A DNA stretch of 64,000 nt, taken from the NCBI GenBank assembly GCA_013152275.1, contig JAADGS010000045.1:1-64000 (forward strand). Reading direction: 5' to 3'. The DNA is from Actinomycetota bacterium (GTDB lineage: Bacteria; Actinomycetota; Acidimicrobiia; Spongiisociales; UBA4744). The notes under the pieces are model-generated. The model ran no database searches and had not been told where the DNA came from. It saw only the letters and a list, made by a program, of their open reading frames with translations. Below are positions 48,741 through 58,745 of the stretch, in pieces. A program made the translations under genes and the position numbers. Within the stretch, counting starts at the first letter, position 1; the number at the start of each line of letters is the position of its first letter.

Positions 48741-48904
48741 GGAATGCGCTTCAGGGAGTGCTCAACAGGATCCTTGCGTGTTGCAGATGGTCTGTCGTAC
48801 CGGGCACCCTGACCGGCTCTCGGAGGTCATCCGCGATCGAGGGATGCAATCTCGAGGAATTGATTCGCCCATGAATCGGGCGCTCGGGTAGCCTCGGTGG
48901 CGTC

Positions 48905-49198
48905 ATGAGTGATGTAAGCGAGATTCCTGAGCAGGTCGGAGAACTCATCGACCTGTCCAAGCAATACCTGCGGGAGCAGACCATCGAACCTGCAAAGCGA
49001 CTCGGAAGGGTCGCGGGGATGGGCTTCGCTGCGGCGGTGTTGTTCTCCATCGGTGCGCTTCTCCTTGCAATCGCAGGCACGAGGGTGCTGATCGGCGTGC
49101 TTCCCGATGGCGCCCTGTGGAGCGCTCTCGGTCTGCTCATCTCCGTCATCGTCCTTTCCGGAGTGGCCGGTCTGATCATGTGGAGGGCAACCCGCTGA
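48905..49198 (+). CDS. Phage-holin-like two-TM membrane protein
   Basis: ELIDLSKQYLREQTIEP followed by two TMs. Confidence 0.75.
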   Translation: MSDVSEIPEQVGELIDLSKQYLREQTIEPAKRLGRVAGMGFAAAVLFSIGALLLAIAGTRVLIGVLPDGALWSALGLLISVIVLSGVAGLIMWRATR

Positions 49199-49389
49199 TG
49201 GTCGAACGAGCAGATATCGAAGCAAAAGCCCGGGAGATCGAGCAAGCTCTGAGCGACACGAAAGAGAGCGTTCAGCAAAAGGGCGTTGTCATAGCCCTCG
49301 GTGTGATCGCCGTTGTCGTGCTCGCGTTCATGATCGGCCGGCGTCGGGGGAACCGATCGAGAGCGGTCGTAAAGGTCTACCGCTCCTGA
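49198..49389 (+). CDS. Small membrane-anchored protein
   Basis: TGATG overlap; RADIEAK coiled segment, TM, GRRRG. Confidence 0.7.
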   Translation: MVERADIEAKAREIEQALSDTKESVQQKGVVIALGVIAVVVLAFMIGRRRGNRSRAVVKVYRS

Positions 49390-49571
49390 GGTTCGAGTCG
49401 GATCTCGACGGTGTCGCCGGGCCGGAGACGCTGCTTGTATACCAGCGCGTCGCCACTCGGCTTCCGGAGCCACCTGAACCCCAGAAGCGCTGCTCCGATC
49501 AGGATCAGCCGGGCATCACCCGTTCGCAGACCCCGGAAAGCACTTTGCACGGCGATACGACCCAATTGCAT
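49377..49571 (-). CDS. Small hypothetical protein
   Basis: One hydrophobic stretch followed by RLRPGDTVEI. Confidence 0.55.
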   Translation of the reverse strand: MQLGRIAVQSAFRGLRTGDARLILIGAALLGFRWLRKPSGDALVYKQRLRPGDTVEIRLEPQER

Positions 49572-49684
49572 GGAGCCAGCGTAGTTGTCCCAATCCCTGT
49601 GCGTCGCACTCCGAGTGTCTCGGCCTCCGCCCGCGGAACCGGTATCGGTACGTCAAAGGTGCACAAACCGCGTAGAGTACGGGC

Positions 49685-49786
49685 ATGCTCAATGAAACCA
49701 TGAAGAAGATCGTGATCTGGGTGATCGTGCTCGGGATGGTCCTGTCACTCGCCGCCGGGCTCGCTGCAGTGGTCTTCTCTTCGTGA
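49685..49786 (+). CDS. 33-aa single-TM leaderless peptide
   Basis: TAGAGT -10 6 nt before ATG; MLNETMKKIVIWVIVLGMVLSLAAGLAAVVFSS*; GTGA overlap with ttuB. Confidence 0.65.
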   Translation: MLNETMKKIVIWVIVLGMVLSLAAGLAAVVFSS

Positions 49787-49977
49787 AGGTCATCCGCCGC
49801 CACCCTCGACGCGAAATCCACATCGAAGGGCCCATGACGGTGCGTGCTCTCCTCGAACACCTGGACATCGTCCCCGAGACGGTATTGGTGATCCGCGACA
49901 GCGACCTGCTCACCCGTGATCAGCGGCTGGAGGCAGACGACACGGTGGAGTTACGGCCGGTCATTTCGGGGGGCTGA
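49783..49977 (+). CDS. ttuB: ThiS/MoaD ubiquitin-like sulfur carrier (TtuB-like)
   Basis: 64 aa ending VISGG; coupled to ttuA. Confidence 0.85.
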   Translation: MKVIRRHPRREIHIEGPMTVRALLEHLDIVPETVLVIRDSDLLTRDQRLEADDTVELRPVISGG

Positions 49978-50867
49978 TGCGCTGTCGCGTATGTAGAGGG
50001 AGCGCGGCCATCGAGGTAAAGCGTCACAATGCGGCGTTCTGTGGACAGCACTTCATCGATCATGTGCGTAGACAAGTTGGACGAACCATTCACGACCACG
50101 CCATGTTCGGTCCCGACGAACGTCTTGCGGTCGGTGTGTCGGGAGGCAAGGACAGCCTGGCGCTCTGGGACATCTTGCATCACCTCGGCTATCGGGCTGA
50201 AGGGATCTATCTCGACCTCGGCATCGGGGCCTACTCGCAGGACAGTCTGAGCCGAGTCGAGGCCTTCGCCGAAGAACGGGATCTGATTCTGCATTCGGTC
50301 AGCCTGCTGCAGCACTACGGATTCTCGATTCCCGATGCTGCGAAGGCGACTCGGCGCACGCCCTGTTCTGCATGCGGCCTCTCCAAGCGGTACGTCCTGA
50401 ATGAGGAGGCGACACGCCGGGGCTTTGATGTTCTCGTGATGGGACATAATCTGGACGACGAGGCTGCGACGCTCTTCTCCAACGTGCTCAACTGGAACAT
50501 GGAATACCTGGGCAGACAGCGCCCTGTTCTTCCGGCTTCGGACGGTTTGGCCAAGAAGGTGAAGCCGCTGATTCGCGTCGCCGAACGAGAGACCGCCGCG
50601 TACGCGGTTCTCGCCGGGATCGACTACGAGGTGGAGGAGTGTCCGCTTGTGGGAGGAAACACGGTCAATCGTCTCAAGGAATGGATGGCCATGCTCGAAC
50701 ATGACTCGCCGGGAGTCACCCAGCACTTCCTCGGGGGCTTCTTCGGCAGGGCCTCACATGCATTCGCAGTCGATATTCCCGACCTGCATCCCTGCTCCAA
50801 GTGCGAAAGGCCGACCACCGGCGAGCGGTGCGCCTTCTGCAGGCTTCAGGAAAGAGCGGTGACATGA
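49977..50867 (+). CDS. ttuA: tRNA 2-thiolation enzyme (TtuA/Ncs6 family)
   Basis: N- and C-terminal Zn fingers, SGGKDS PP-loop, CSACG, GHNLDDE. Confidence 0.88.
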   Translation: MRCRVCRGSAAIEVKRHNAAFCGQHFIDHVRRQVGRTIHDHAMFGPDERLAVGVSGGKDSLALWDILHHLGYRAEGIYLDLGIGAYSQDSLSRVEAFAEERDLILHSVSLLQHYGFSIPDAAKATRRTPCSACGLSKRYVLNEEATRRGFDVLVMGHNLDDEAATLFSNVLNWNMEYLGRQRPVLPASDGLAKKVKPLIRVAERETAAYAVLAGIDYEVEECPLVGGNTVNRLKEWMAMLEHDSPGVTQHFLGGFFGRASHAFAVDIPDLHPCSKCERPTTGERCAFCRLQERAVT

Positions 50868-51637
50868 GGTTCGAAGCCGACGATCTCTGCCTGCTCGTCG
50901 ACTTCAAGGGAAGACGCTATCTCCTCACACTGCGAGAAGATGGTGAGTTTCATTCGCATCTCGGCGTGATCCCGCACACAGACCTGATCGGCATACAGGA
51001 AGGCTCTCTGGTTTCGACGGGAAGCGGGAGCAAGCTGCTGGCCATTCGTCCACGGTTCGTTGACTACGTGCTGAAGATGCGCAGGGGCGCGCAAGTCGTC
51101 TACCCGAAGGACGTTGGCCCCATTCTCGTCTACGGAGATATCAAGCCGGGCAGCATCGTTCTGGAAGCAGGCACCGGATCCGGAGCCCTCACCATCGCTC
51201 TTGTGCGCGCCGTCGGGCCGAACGGACGTGTGGTCAGTGTCGAACGTCGCGAAGATCACGCAGCGCATGCCCGCCGCAGCATCGAACGATTCTTCGGTGA
51301 GATTCCTTCGACCCTCGATCTGCGCGTCGGAGATGTCGAGACCGAAGCCGAGACCGTACACGCGGACCGGCTCGTTCTCGATCTCCCCGAACCGTGGCAC
51401 ATCGCCCGTGCAGGCGGCCACATGGAACCCGGAGGCGTCTTCATCGCGTACCTCCCCACCGTGCCGCAGGTACAGACACTCGTGGAAACGATGCGAGACG
51501 TCGGCTCGTTCGCGCTGATCGATGTCTTCGAGACGCTGCACCGCACCTGGAAGGTGGAAGGACGATCGGTCCGTCCTGATCACCGCATGGTCGGACACAC
51601 CGGGTTCGTGGTTATCGGGCGGAGAAGCAATACGTGA
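50864..51637 (+). CDS. trmI: tRNA (adenine58-N1)-methyltransferase
   Basis: AQVVYPKD, LEAGTGSGALT, LDLPEPW, RPDHRMVGHTGF. Confidence 0.95.
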   Translation: MRFEADDLCLLVDFKGRRYLLTLREDGEFHSHLGVIPHTDLIGIQEGSLVSTGSGSKLLAIRPRFVDYVLKMRRGAQVVYPKDVGPILVYGDIKPGSIVLEAGTGSGALTIALVRAVGPNGRVVSVERREDHAAHARRSIERFFGEIPSTLDLRVGDVETEAETVHADRLVLDLPEPWHIARAGGHMEPGGVFIAYLPTVPQVQTLVETMRDVGSFALIDVFETLHRTWKVEGRSVRPDHRMVGHTGFVVIGRRSNT

Positions 51638-51638
51638 G

Positions 51639-51662
51639 GGAAGGCCCCATGTGGGGCCTTCC
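51639..51662. terminator. Hairpin between convergent trmI and ferredoxin
   Basis: GGAAGGCCCCA-TG-TGGGGCCTTCC. Confidence 0.7.
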
Positions 51663-51692
51663 TCCACCATACGTTCGCTGAAAGGAACTGGT

Positions 51693-51938
51693 CTACGGCT
51701 CGATGAAGATGCACTCTCCCGGGCACTCTTCCGCGGACTCGATGACCATTTCTTCCTGCCCTGCAGGAACAACGCCGAGACCTTGAGCCCCTTCCGGGTT
51801 GCCTTCGGAGGCTGCAAAGATCTTGTCGCCTTCTTTGACATAGGCGAGTCCGTCATCCAACAGCACAAAAACATCCGGCGCGATCTCTTCGCAGAGGCCA
51901 TCGCCCGTACACAGATCTTGGTCGATCCAAACCTTCAT
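51693..51938 (-). CDS. Ferredoxin
   Basis: DQDLCTGDGLCEEIAP...ECPGECI. Confidence 0.93.
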   Translation of the reverse strand: MKVWIDQDLCTGDGLCEEIAPDVFVLLDDGLAYVKEGDKIFAASEGNPEGAQGLGVVPAGQEEMVIESAEECPGECIFIEP

Positions 51939-52034
51939 AGCTGAGGAACTCCTTATGTGTTGCAGGCATGCTACCCAAATTCGCGCTCTCCACTAAGTGC
52001 AGTCTTCGCACCGCCGTATACTTCGCGCGAGCCC

Positions 52035-53732
52035 ATGACTGATGTCGAGCAACTGAAAACCGCCATTGCCCACCTCGAAGTGGAGGTTGCGACGCTCAGA
52101 TCGGAATCGGACCGCGCCCGAAAGCTGGAACGCCGGCTGTCCGAAACCAAGATGCAGCTCGACCGGGCAGGATCCCAGAACCAGCGGATGGCGGAATTGC
52201 TCCGCGAGGCGCGAGAACAGCTCGCGATGCTTCGCCACGAGGTGGAGAGGCTCGCAGCTCCTCCGAACCAGTTCGGAACGGTCCTCCAGGTCAACGCCGG
52301 AGGAACGGTGGACATTGTCAGCGGTGGCCGCAAACTGCGCGTGGCGGCTCAGCCCAGCATCGAAGTCAAGCAGCTCCAACGCGGCCAAGAGGTCCTGCTG
52401 AATGAGGCGATGAACATCGTTGATGTGCGGCGTTTCACCGTCTCCGGCGAGGTCGTAACGGTCAAGGAGCGCCTTGGGGAGCAGCGCCTCCTCGTCCTTG
52501 CCAGAGGAGACGAGGAGCGAGTCGTCGAGATTGCGGAACCACTCGAGGAAGAGTCCTTCAGGGCAGGCGACGCGGTACGCCTCGACGCACGTAGCGGGCT
52601 CGTGTTCGAGAAGCTCTTGCGCCCTGAAGTCCAGGAGCTGATTCTCGAAGAGGTCCCTGATGTCACGTACGACGACGTTGGGGGTCTCAGGGAGCAGATC
52701 GAGGCGATTCGAGACGCCGTCGAACTTCCGTACCTGCACAAGGAACTCTTTGCCGACTACGGACTCGAAGCCCCCAAAGGAGTGCTGCTGTACGGACCGC
52801 CCGGCTGTGGCAAGACGCTGATCGCCAAGGCGGTTGCCAACAGTCTTGCCCAGGCGGTGGCTGCTCGCACCGGACGAACCGACGCCCGCTCATACTTCCT
52901 GAACGTGAAAGGCCCGGAGCTGCTCAACAAGTACGTGGGGGAGACGGAGCGTCAGATCCGATTGATCTTCCGAAGGGCCAAGGAGAAGTCGGACCAGGGG
53001 GTTCCGGTCATTGTGTTCTTCGACGAGATGGACTCGTTGTTCCGCACCAGAGGCACAGGAGTGTCCTCCGACATGGAATCGACAGTCGTCCCTCAATTGC
53101 TCTCGGAACTCGACGGTGTGGAAAGCCTCAAGAACGTCATCGTGATCGGCGCATCGAATCGTGAGGACCTGATCGACCCTGCGATTCTGCGGCCGGGCCG
53201 CCTCGACGTGAAGATCAAGATCGGCCGACCCGACGAGACGTCCGCTCGCGAGATCTTTCGCATCTACCTCGACGGTGTCGCGCCCCTGGACGCCGAGGAA
53301 ATGGAGGAGGCGGGAGGTGATCGCGAGACGATGCTCTCCGCGATGATCGATCGCACCGTCGAGAGGATGTACGCACAGGACGACGCGAACAAGTTTCTCG
53401 AGGTCACGTACGCGAACGGTGACCGGGAACTGCTCTACTTCAAAGATTTTTCCAGCGGCGCGATGATCCAGAACATCGTCAGCCGGGCCAAGAAAGAGGC
53501 GATCAAGCGGGAGATCGCCGGCGGGCCGAGGGGCCTTCGGACGGCCGACCTCCTGAGAGCGATCACAAGCGAATTCGCCGAGCACGAGGACCTTCCCAAT
53601 ACGACGAATCCGGACGACTGGGCGAAGGTCTCCGGCAAGAAAGGGGAGCGTATCGTGTATGTCCGGACGCTGATGCGAGGCGAGAACAACTCGAAGAAGA
53701 TCGAGGCCGTCACGACCGGCCAGTACCTCTAA
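52035..53732 (+). CDS. arc: Proteasome ATPase ARC/Mpa
   Basis: N-terminal coiled coil, [15 protein letters not shown]-terminal GQYL. Confidence 0.97.
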   Translation: MTDVEQLKTAIAHLEVEVATLRSESDRARKLERRLSETKMQLDRAGSQNQRMAELLREAREQLAMLRHEVERLAAPPNQFGTVLQVNAGGTVDIVSGGRKLRVAAQPSIEVKQLQRGQEVLLNEAMNIVDVRRFTVSGEVVTVKERLGEQRLLVLARGDEERVVEIAEPLEEESFRAGDAVRLDARSGLVFEKLLRPEVQELILEEVPDVTYDDVGGLREQIEAIRDAVELPYLHKELFADYGLEAPKGVLLYGPPGCGKTLIAKAVANSLAQAVAARTGRTDARSYFLNVKGPELLNKYVGETERQIRLIFRRAKEKSDQGVPVIVFFDEMDSLFRTRGTGVSSDMESTVVPQLLSELDGVESLKNVIVIGASNREDLIDPAILRPGRLDVKIKIGRPDETSAREIFRIYLDGVAPLDAEEMEEAGGDRETMLSAMIDRTVERMYAQDDANKFLEVTYANGDRELLYFKDFSSGAMIQNIVSRAKKEAIKREIAGGPRGLRTADLLRAITSEFAEHEDLPNTTNPDDWAKVSGKKGERIVYVRTLMRGENNSKKIEAVTTGQYL

Positions 53733-53785
53733 GGGGGTCCGAGATGCTCGTTGCGTTCTCGTCGGCATCCTTGGTTTCCTGACCG

Positions 53786-55255
53786 ATGTCCATACCGAAG
53801 GTGATCGGCACCGAGACCGAATTCGGGATCACGATTCGTCACCAGGCAGACTTCAATCCGGTGCTCGCCTCCGGACTCGTTGTCAGCAACTCCCCGGATG
53901 GATTGCGAGTGCGGTGGTCGCTCGCCGAGGAGTCCCCTGGGCGTGACGCGCGAGGGCACGCATTCGGCAGCGGGGTGACTCTCGACGCGGAGATTCTCAA
54001 TGCGCTTCTTCCCAACGGAGCCCGGTTGTATGTCGACCACGCCCATCCCGAATACTCGACACCCGAATGTCTGGACGCCCGCGAGGCGGCCCTGCACGAC
54101 AAGGTGGGAGAACTCGCCATGGCACGCGCCGTGACGGCGGTACAGCGTGTTCTCCAGCCTGGGGAGACGATCTCCATCTACAAGAACAACAGCGATGGGA
54201 AAGGGAACTCCTACGGTGCCCACGAGAACTACATGGTGTCGCGATCCCTGCCGTTCAACGACATTGTCCGTTACCTGACAACATTCCTGGTCACCCGTCA
54301 GGTCTTCACCGGTTCAGGGAAGGTCGGAGCCGAGAACGGGCGGAACGAGGTCGACTTTCAAATCAGTCAGCGCGCCGATTTCTTCGAAGAGCGGGTCGGA
54401 CTGGAAACGACGCTGCGACGACCGATCATCAACACACGCGACGAACCGCACGGCGACCCGAAGCGGTTCCGGAGACTGCACCTCATCATCGGGGATGCCA
54501 CACGATCCGAAATCCAGACCTATCTGAAGCTTGGCACGACGTCGTTGCTCCTGGCGGCCATCGAGGATGAGGCACTGCCCGACGATCTCGAACTTCTCGA
54601 TCCGGTGGCAGAGACTTGGCAGGTGAGTCACGACATAGGTTTGGGGAACGCTTTGCAGCTTGCGGACGCTGGTTCCGCCACGGCGCTCGAGTTGCAGTGG
54701 CAGTACTTCGATTGGCTCTCGAAGTATGCGGAGGCGACGGAGGCGGACGATGTGAGCCGAGACGTTTTGGTGCGTTGGGAGCATGTACTCCAAGACCTCG
54801 AGGCCGACCCGATGCGGACCGCCGACCGTCTCGACTGGACGGCGAAACTGCGAATCATGCAGGCATACAGAGATCGGGAGCATCTCGGCTGGAGCCATCC
54901 GCGCCTGAGGGCACTCGATCTCCAATATCACGACGTCGACCCGAAGCGAGGGTTGTACGACCGTTTCGTCGAGAGGGGTTCGATCCGGCGGCTCTTCACC
55001 GACACCGAAGTGGCCGACGCACTGCATCATCCCCCTGAAGGAACGAGAGCGTATTTCCGTGGTCGCTGTGTGAGCGAACACGGCGAAGCATTGGTGGCCG
55101 CGAACTGGGACTCGCTCGTATTCGATACGGGCGAAGCCACACTCAAGAGGGTGCCTATGATGGATCCGCTGCGAGGAACGGCGAAGCGAGTAGGTGCACT
55201 CCTCGATGCATCATCGAGTGCCGCCGATCTCCTCGAGGCACTAGGAGGTGACTGA
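53786..55255 (+). CDS. dop: Depupylase/deamidase Dop
   Basis: GTETEFGI, NGARLYVDHAHPEYSTPE, KGNSYGAHENY. Confidence 0.96.
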   Translation: MSIPKVIGTETEFGITIRHQADFNPVLASGLVVSNSPDGLRVRWSLAEESPGRDARGHAFGSGVTLDAEILNALLPNGARLYVDHAHPEYSTPECLDAREAALHDKVGELAMARAVTAVQRVLQPGETISIYKNNSDGKGNSYGAHENYMVSRSLPFNDIVRYLTTFLVTRQVFTGSGKVGAENGRNEVDFQISQRADFFEERVGLETTLRRPIINTRDEPHGDPKRFRRLHLIIGDATRSEIQTYLKLGTTSLLLAAIEDEALPDDLELLDPVAETWQVSHDIGLGNALQLADAGSATALELQWQYFDWLSKYAEATEADDVSRDVLVRWEHVLQDLEADPMRTADRLDWTAKLRIMQAYRDREHLGWSHPRLRALDLQYHDVDPKRGLYDRFVERGSIRRLFTDTEVADALHHPPEGTRAYFRGRCVSEHGEALVAANWDSLVFDTGEATLKRVPMMDPLRGTAKRVGALLDASSSAADLLEALGGD

Positions 55256-55435
55256 ATGAAAGAGAACATCCAAAAGCCCCACCGGGAGCAGAACACCACC
55301 GAAGATACCGACATCGCCTCCACTCCCGAGGTGCATGTCGGAGAGATCGACGATCTCCTCGACGAGATCGATGAAGTCCTCGAAGAGAACGCGGAAGAAT
55401 TCGTCAAGAACTACGTCCAGAAGGGCGGAGAATGA
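55256..55435 (+). CDS. pup: Prokaryotic ubiquitin-like protein Pup (GGE type)
   Basis: DDLLDEIDEVLEENAEEFVKNYVQKGGE*; 59 aa, absent from the ORF track. Confidence 0.97.
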   Translation: MKENIQKPHREQNTTEDTDIASTPEVHVGEIDDLLDEIDEVLEENAEEFVKNYVQKGGE

Positions 55436-56202
55436 GTGACGCATTCGGACAGGGTGTGAGCTTCAGCAACCTCCTCGCTTCGCTCGAGATGACTCCGAAG
55501 TGGGAGATTCCGACAACGGAGCACTCCACACTCGACGCTCCTGTTGCGACGACCGTCCTCGCTCTGCGTTTCAAGGATGGTGTTGTGATGCTCGGAGATC
55601 GCCAGGCTACGGAGGGACATTTCGTTGCCCACCGCAGAATCCAGAAGGTTTTCCAGGCCGACCATTTCTCGGCCGTCGCGATCTCCGGTACCGCCGGCAT
55701 CGCTCTCGACCTGGTCCGTCTCTTCCAAACCGAACTGGAGCACTACGAAAAGTTGGAGGGGACACGTCTCAGCGTCGACGGCAAAGCGACCTACCTGAGT
55801 CGGATGGTCCGTCAGCAGCTGCCTTTGGTGTTCCAGGGCCTGGTCGTCGTTCCGCTGTTCTGCGGATACGATGAAGACGAGCGAACCGGACGCCTCTATA
55901 CGTTCGATGTTGTCGGCGGCCGATACGAAGAGCACGAGTACGGAGCTACCGGCTCGGGTTCGCGCGATGCCAAGGGGTATCTGCGATCCGTCTACCGAGC
56001 GGATCTCGACGAGTCGGATGCGTTGGATATCGGAATGCGCGCGCTGGTGGTCGCCTCCCAGGAGGACACGGCGACCGGTGGACCCGACCTCGCTCGAGGC
56101 ATCCTTCCGAACGTCGTGACCGTCACTGCAGACGGGTTCGTCGAGGTCGAATCGGACGTGGTTGCAGCCCTGGCCTCGTCAGCACTGGGGGACATTCGAT
56201 GA
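55432..56202 (+). CDS. prcB: 20S proteasome beta subunit
   Basis: Propeptide then TTVLAL; GDRQAT, LEHYEKLEG, GSGS. Confidence 0.96.
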   Translation: MSDAFGQGVSFSNLLASLEMTPKWEIPTTEHSTLDAPVATTVLALRFKDGVVMLGDRQATEGHFVAHRRIQKVFQADHFSAVAISGTAGIALDLVRLFQTELEHYEKLEGTRLSVDGKATYLSRMVRQQLPLVFQGLVVVPLFCGYDEDERTGRLYTFDVVGGRYEEHEYGATGSGSRDAKGYLRSVYRADLDESDALDIGMRALVVASQEDTATGGPDLARGILPNVVTVTADGFVEVESDVVAALASSALGDIR

Positions 56203-56882
56203 CCGTTCCTTTCTACGTGCCTCCCGAACAACTTGTCAAGGATCGAGCCGAGTTTGCCCGCAAAGGCATCGCTCGGGGTCGTTCGATCGTTGCTGCCGAG
56301 TACGACCTGGGTGTGCTCCTACTCGCAGAGAATCCGAGCGCCACCCTCCACAAGATCAGCGAGATCTACGACCGTGTCGCCTTTGCCGGTGTGGGCAAGT
56401 ACAACGAATTCGAGGCGCTGCGGGTCGCAGGGACTCGCCACGCGGACTTGAGAGGGTATCTCTACAGCAGGTCCGACGTGAACGCGAAGGGCCTTGCCAA
56501 CGCTTTCTCCCAAACACTCGGCAACATCTTCACCCACGAAGTGAAGCCGTACGAGGTCGAGATACTCGTCGCAGAACTGGGGATCAACGGCCACCCGAGC
56601 CATCTCTATCGGGTCACCTACGATGGCACCCTGTCCGACGAAGGTCGCCATTGCGCCATTGGCGGCCAGGCCGACGCGCTGAGCGAACTCTTGGAGGCAC
56701 AGGACCAGAAAGTCGGCTCGCTCGCCGAAACGATCAGGGCGGTCGCAGGAGCATTCGAAGAAGTCCTCGACAGGGAAGTCGACGGATGGGAAGCCGCCGT
56801 CCTCGATTCGACAGCAGGCCGGAGAGCATTCCGCAGACTATCGGGTACAGAGGTCGTCGAGATCCTTGGCGGCTCTGACTGA
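56199..56882 (+). CDS. prcA: 20S proteasome alpha subunit
   Basis: PFYVPPEQLVKDRAEFARKGIARGRS, KISEIYDR. Confidence 0.96.
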   Translation: MTVPFYVPPEQLVKDRAEFARKGIARGRSIVAAEYDLGVLLLAENPSATLHKISEIYDRVAFAGVGKYNEFEALRVAGTRHADLRGYLYSRSDVNAKGLANAFSQTLGNIFTHEVKPYEVEILVAELGINGHPSHLYRVTYDGTLSDEGRHCAIGGQADALSELLEAQDQKVGSLAETIRAVAGAFEEVLDREVDGWEAAVLDSTAGRRAFRRLSGTEVVEILGGSD

Positions 56883-57109
56883 TTCTCCAATCTGTCAGGG
56901 ATGTCCTGACGGAAAAGTGAGAACGATGTCCTGGCGGTTCTCCCATATCTCGTACTTCGAGAATCGGCGGATCCGGAACCCACCAGGGAGCGCATGAATC
57001 AAAACCAGAACCGGACGCCGCTTGTCGGCTCCCACTCTTGGATTGAAGCCCGCAGGTGCGTGCTGGGCACTCCTCGACGGCCCTGGACCATGGGATCTAC
57101 GCTGAAGCG

Positions 57110-58465
57110 ATGAAGCGCCGCATCTACGGGCTCGAAAGCGAATACGGTGTGACGTGCACTCTGCGTGGCCAGCGGAGACTGAGTCCGGACGAGGCTGCCA
57201 GGTATCTGTTTCGACGGGTCGTGAGTTGGGGCCGGTCGTCGAATGTCTTTCTCGAAAACGGCGCTCGTCTCTACCTCGATGTCGGGAGTCACCCCGAGTA
57301 CGCGACGCCCGAGTGTGACGATCTTTCCACCTTGATCTCCGCCGACAAGGCCGGTGAGCGAATCCTGCAGAACTTGGCCGTCGAAGCTCAACACAGGCTG
57401 GCCGAGGAAGGGATCAGTGGAGAGATCTTCCTCTTCAAGAACAACACGGACTCGGCGGGTAACTCGTATGGCTGCCACGAGAACTACCTGATCGGACGGG
57501 ACACCGACTTTTCGGTCGTACTGGGGGCGCTGCTTCCGTTTCTTGTTACGAGACAGATCTACGCGGGTGCCGGCAAGCTGCTGCAAACCACCAGAGGCGT
57601 GCGATTCACGATGTCCCAGCGTGCCGAGCACATCTGGGAAGGAGTGTCGTCTGCCACTACGCGCAGCAGACCTATCGTGAACACGAGGGACGAACCACAT
57701 GCAGATGCAGCGCTTTACCGGAGACTTCACGTCATCGTCGGTGACTCCAACATGTCCGAAACGGCCACGTACGCAAAAGTCGGAGTAGTTGGTGCACTCC
57801 TGCAGATGCTCGAGGAGGGGTCCGAGTTTCGCACGCTCGATCTGGAGAATCCGATCCGGGCAGTCCGGGAGATCAGTTCCGATCCGACATGCCGAAGGCG
57901 GATCAGGCTCGCGAACGGTCGAGAACTCTCCGCCCTGGACATCCAGTGGGAGTATCTGGACAAAGCCGCCCACCACGCAAGGACCCGGGGTTTTCCTCCG
58001 ATCATCGATAGGGCGGTACGGATGTGGGAGAGAATGCTCGTGGGCATCGAGAAGGATCCGATGACCCTCACGAGGCAGGTCGACTGGGTTGCCAAGCGGC
58101 AACTGATCGAGGCATACCGAGCTCGGCACGATCTCGCCTTGTCAGACCCGCGGCTGGCAATGATGGATCTCTCCTACCACGACATCAACCCGGCACGAGG
58201 CCTCTACAACCTGTTGGTCCGTCGAGGCAAGGTCGATCGTGTGGTCGATGACGCGGCAATCGCCGAAGCGATGACCAATGCACCCTCGACCACGCGGGCT
58301 CGCCTTCGGGGACGGTTCATTCGCGCCGCCAAGGCCGCGGGTCGCGACTTCACCGTCGACTGGGTCCATCTCAAAGTGAACGATCAGGCGCAGCGAACGG
58401 TTCTCTGTAAGGATCCCTTCGTGCACACCGATCCTCGCGTCGATCGACTCATCGAGGACTTGTAG
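57110..58465 (+). CDS. pafA: Pup-protein ligase
   Basis: [42 protein letters not shown] -10 6 nt before ATG (leaderless). Confidence 0.97.
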   Translation: MKRRIYGLESEYGVTCTLRGQRRLSPDEAARYLFRRVVSWGRSSNVFLENGARLYLDVGSHPEYATPECDDLSTLISADKAGERILQNLAVEAQHRLAEEGISGEIFLFKNNTDSAGNSYGCHENYLIGRDTDFSVVLGALLPFLVTRQIYAGAGKLLQTTRGVRFTMSQRAEHIWEGVSSATTRSRPIVNTRDEPHADAALYRRLHVIVGDSNMSETATYAKVGVVGALLQMLEEGSEFRTLDLENPIRAVREISSDPTCRRRIRLANGRELSALDIQWEYLDKAAHHARTRGFPPIIDRAVRMWERMLVGIEKDPMTLTRQVDWVAKRQLIEAYRARHDLALSDPRLAMMDLSYHDINPARGLYNLLVRRGKVDRVVDDAAIAEAMTNAPSTTRARLRGRFIRAAKAAGRDFTVDWVHLKVNDQAQRTVLCKDPFVHTDPRVDRLIEDL

Positions 58466-58745
58466 GACCGTAGGGACCGTGGAGCGTGGGAGCGGAGCGT
58501 TCCGACTGCCGGACGCGAACTGTCACGTAGAGGGTCGGTGCTGCCGGGGTGGAACTCGTGTTCCTGGGACACTGCCGGGTATGGCACGACGCATGCCGTC
58601 CGGACCTGAGCGTCGGGCGGTGATGACACCGGAAATGTGAGGATCGGCAATGTGACGTCGCCGAGTTTCCTACCTGCACCGGCAACCGGGTCCAGATGCC
58701 GAGCACCTGGTACGGCGGGCGCAGGGGGCCTACAGTTGTCTGAGC

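Noticed and set aside
48539..48745. Possible CRISPR array
   Set aside because: Whole units repeat with no unique spacers, and there are no cas genes in the window.
57023..57044. TGTCGG-N10-TGGATT resembling the PafBC-dependent promoter motif upstream of pafA
   Set aside because: Mismatch at the conserved TA, and pafA has its own leaderless -10; insufficient evidence.
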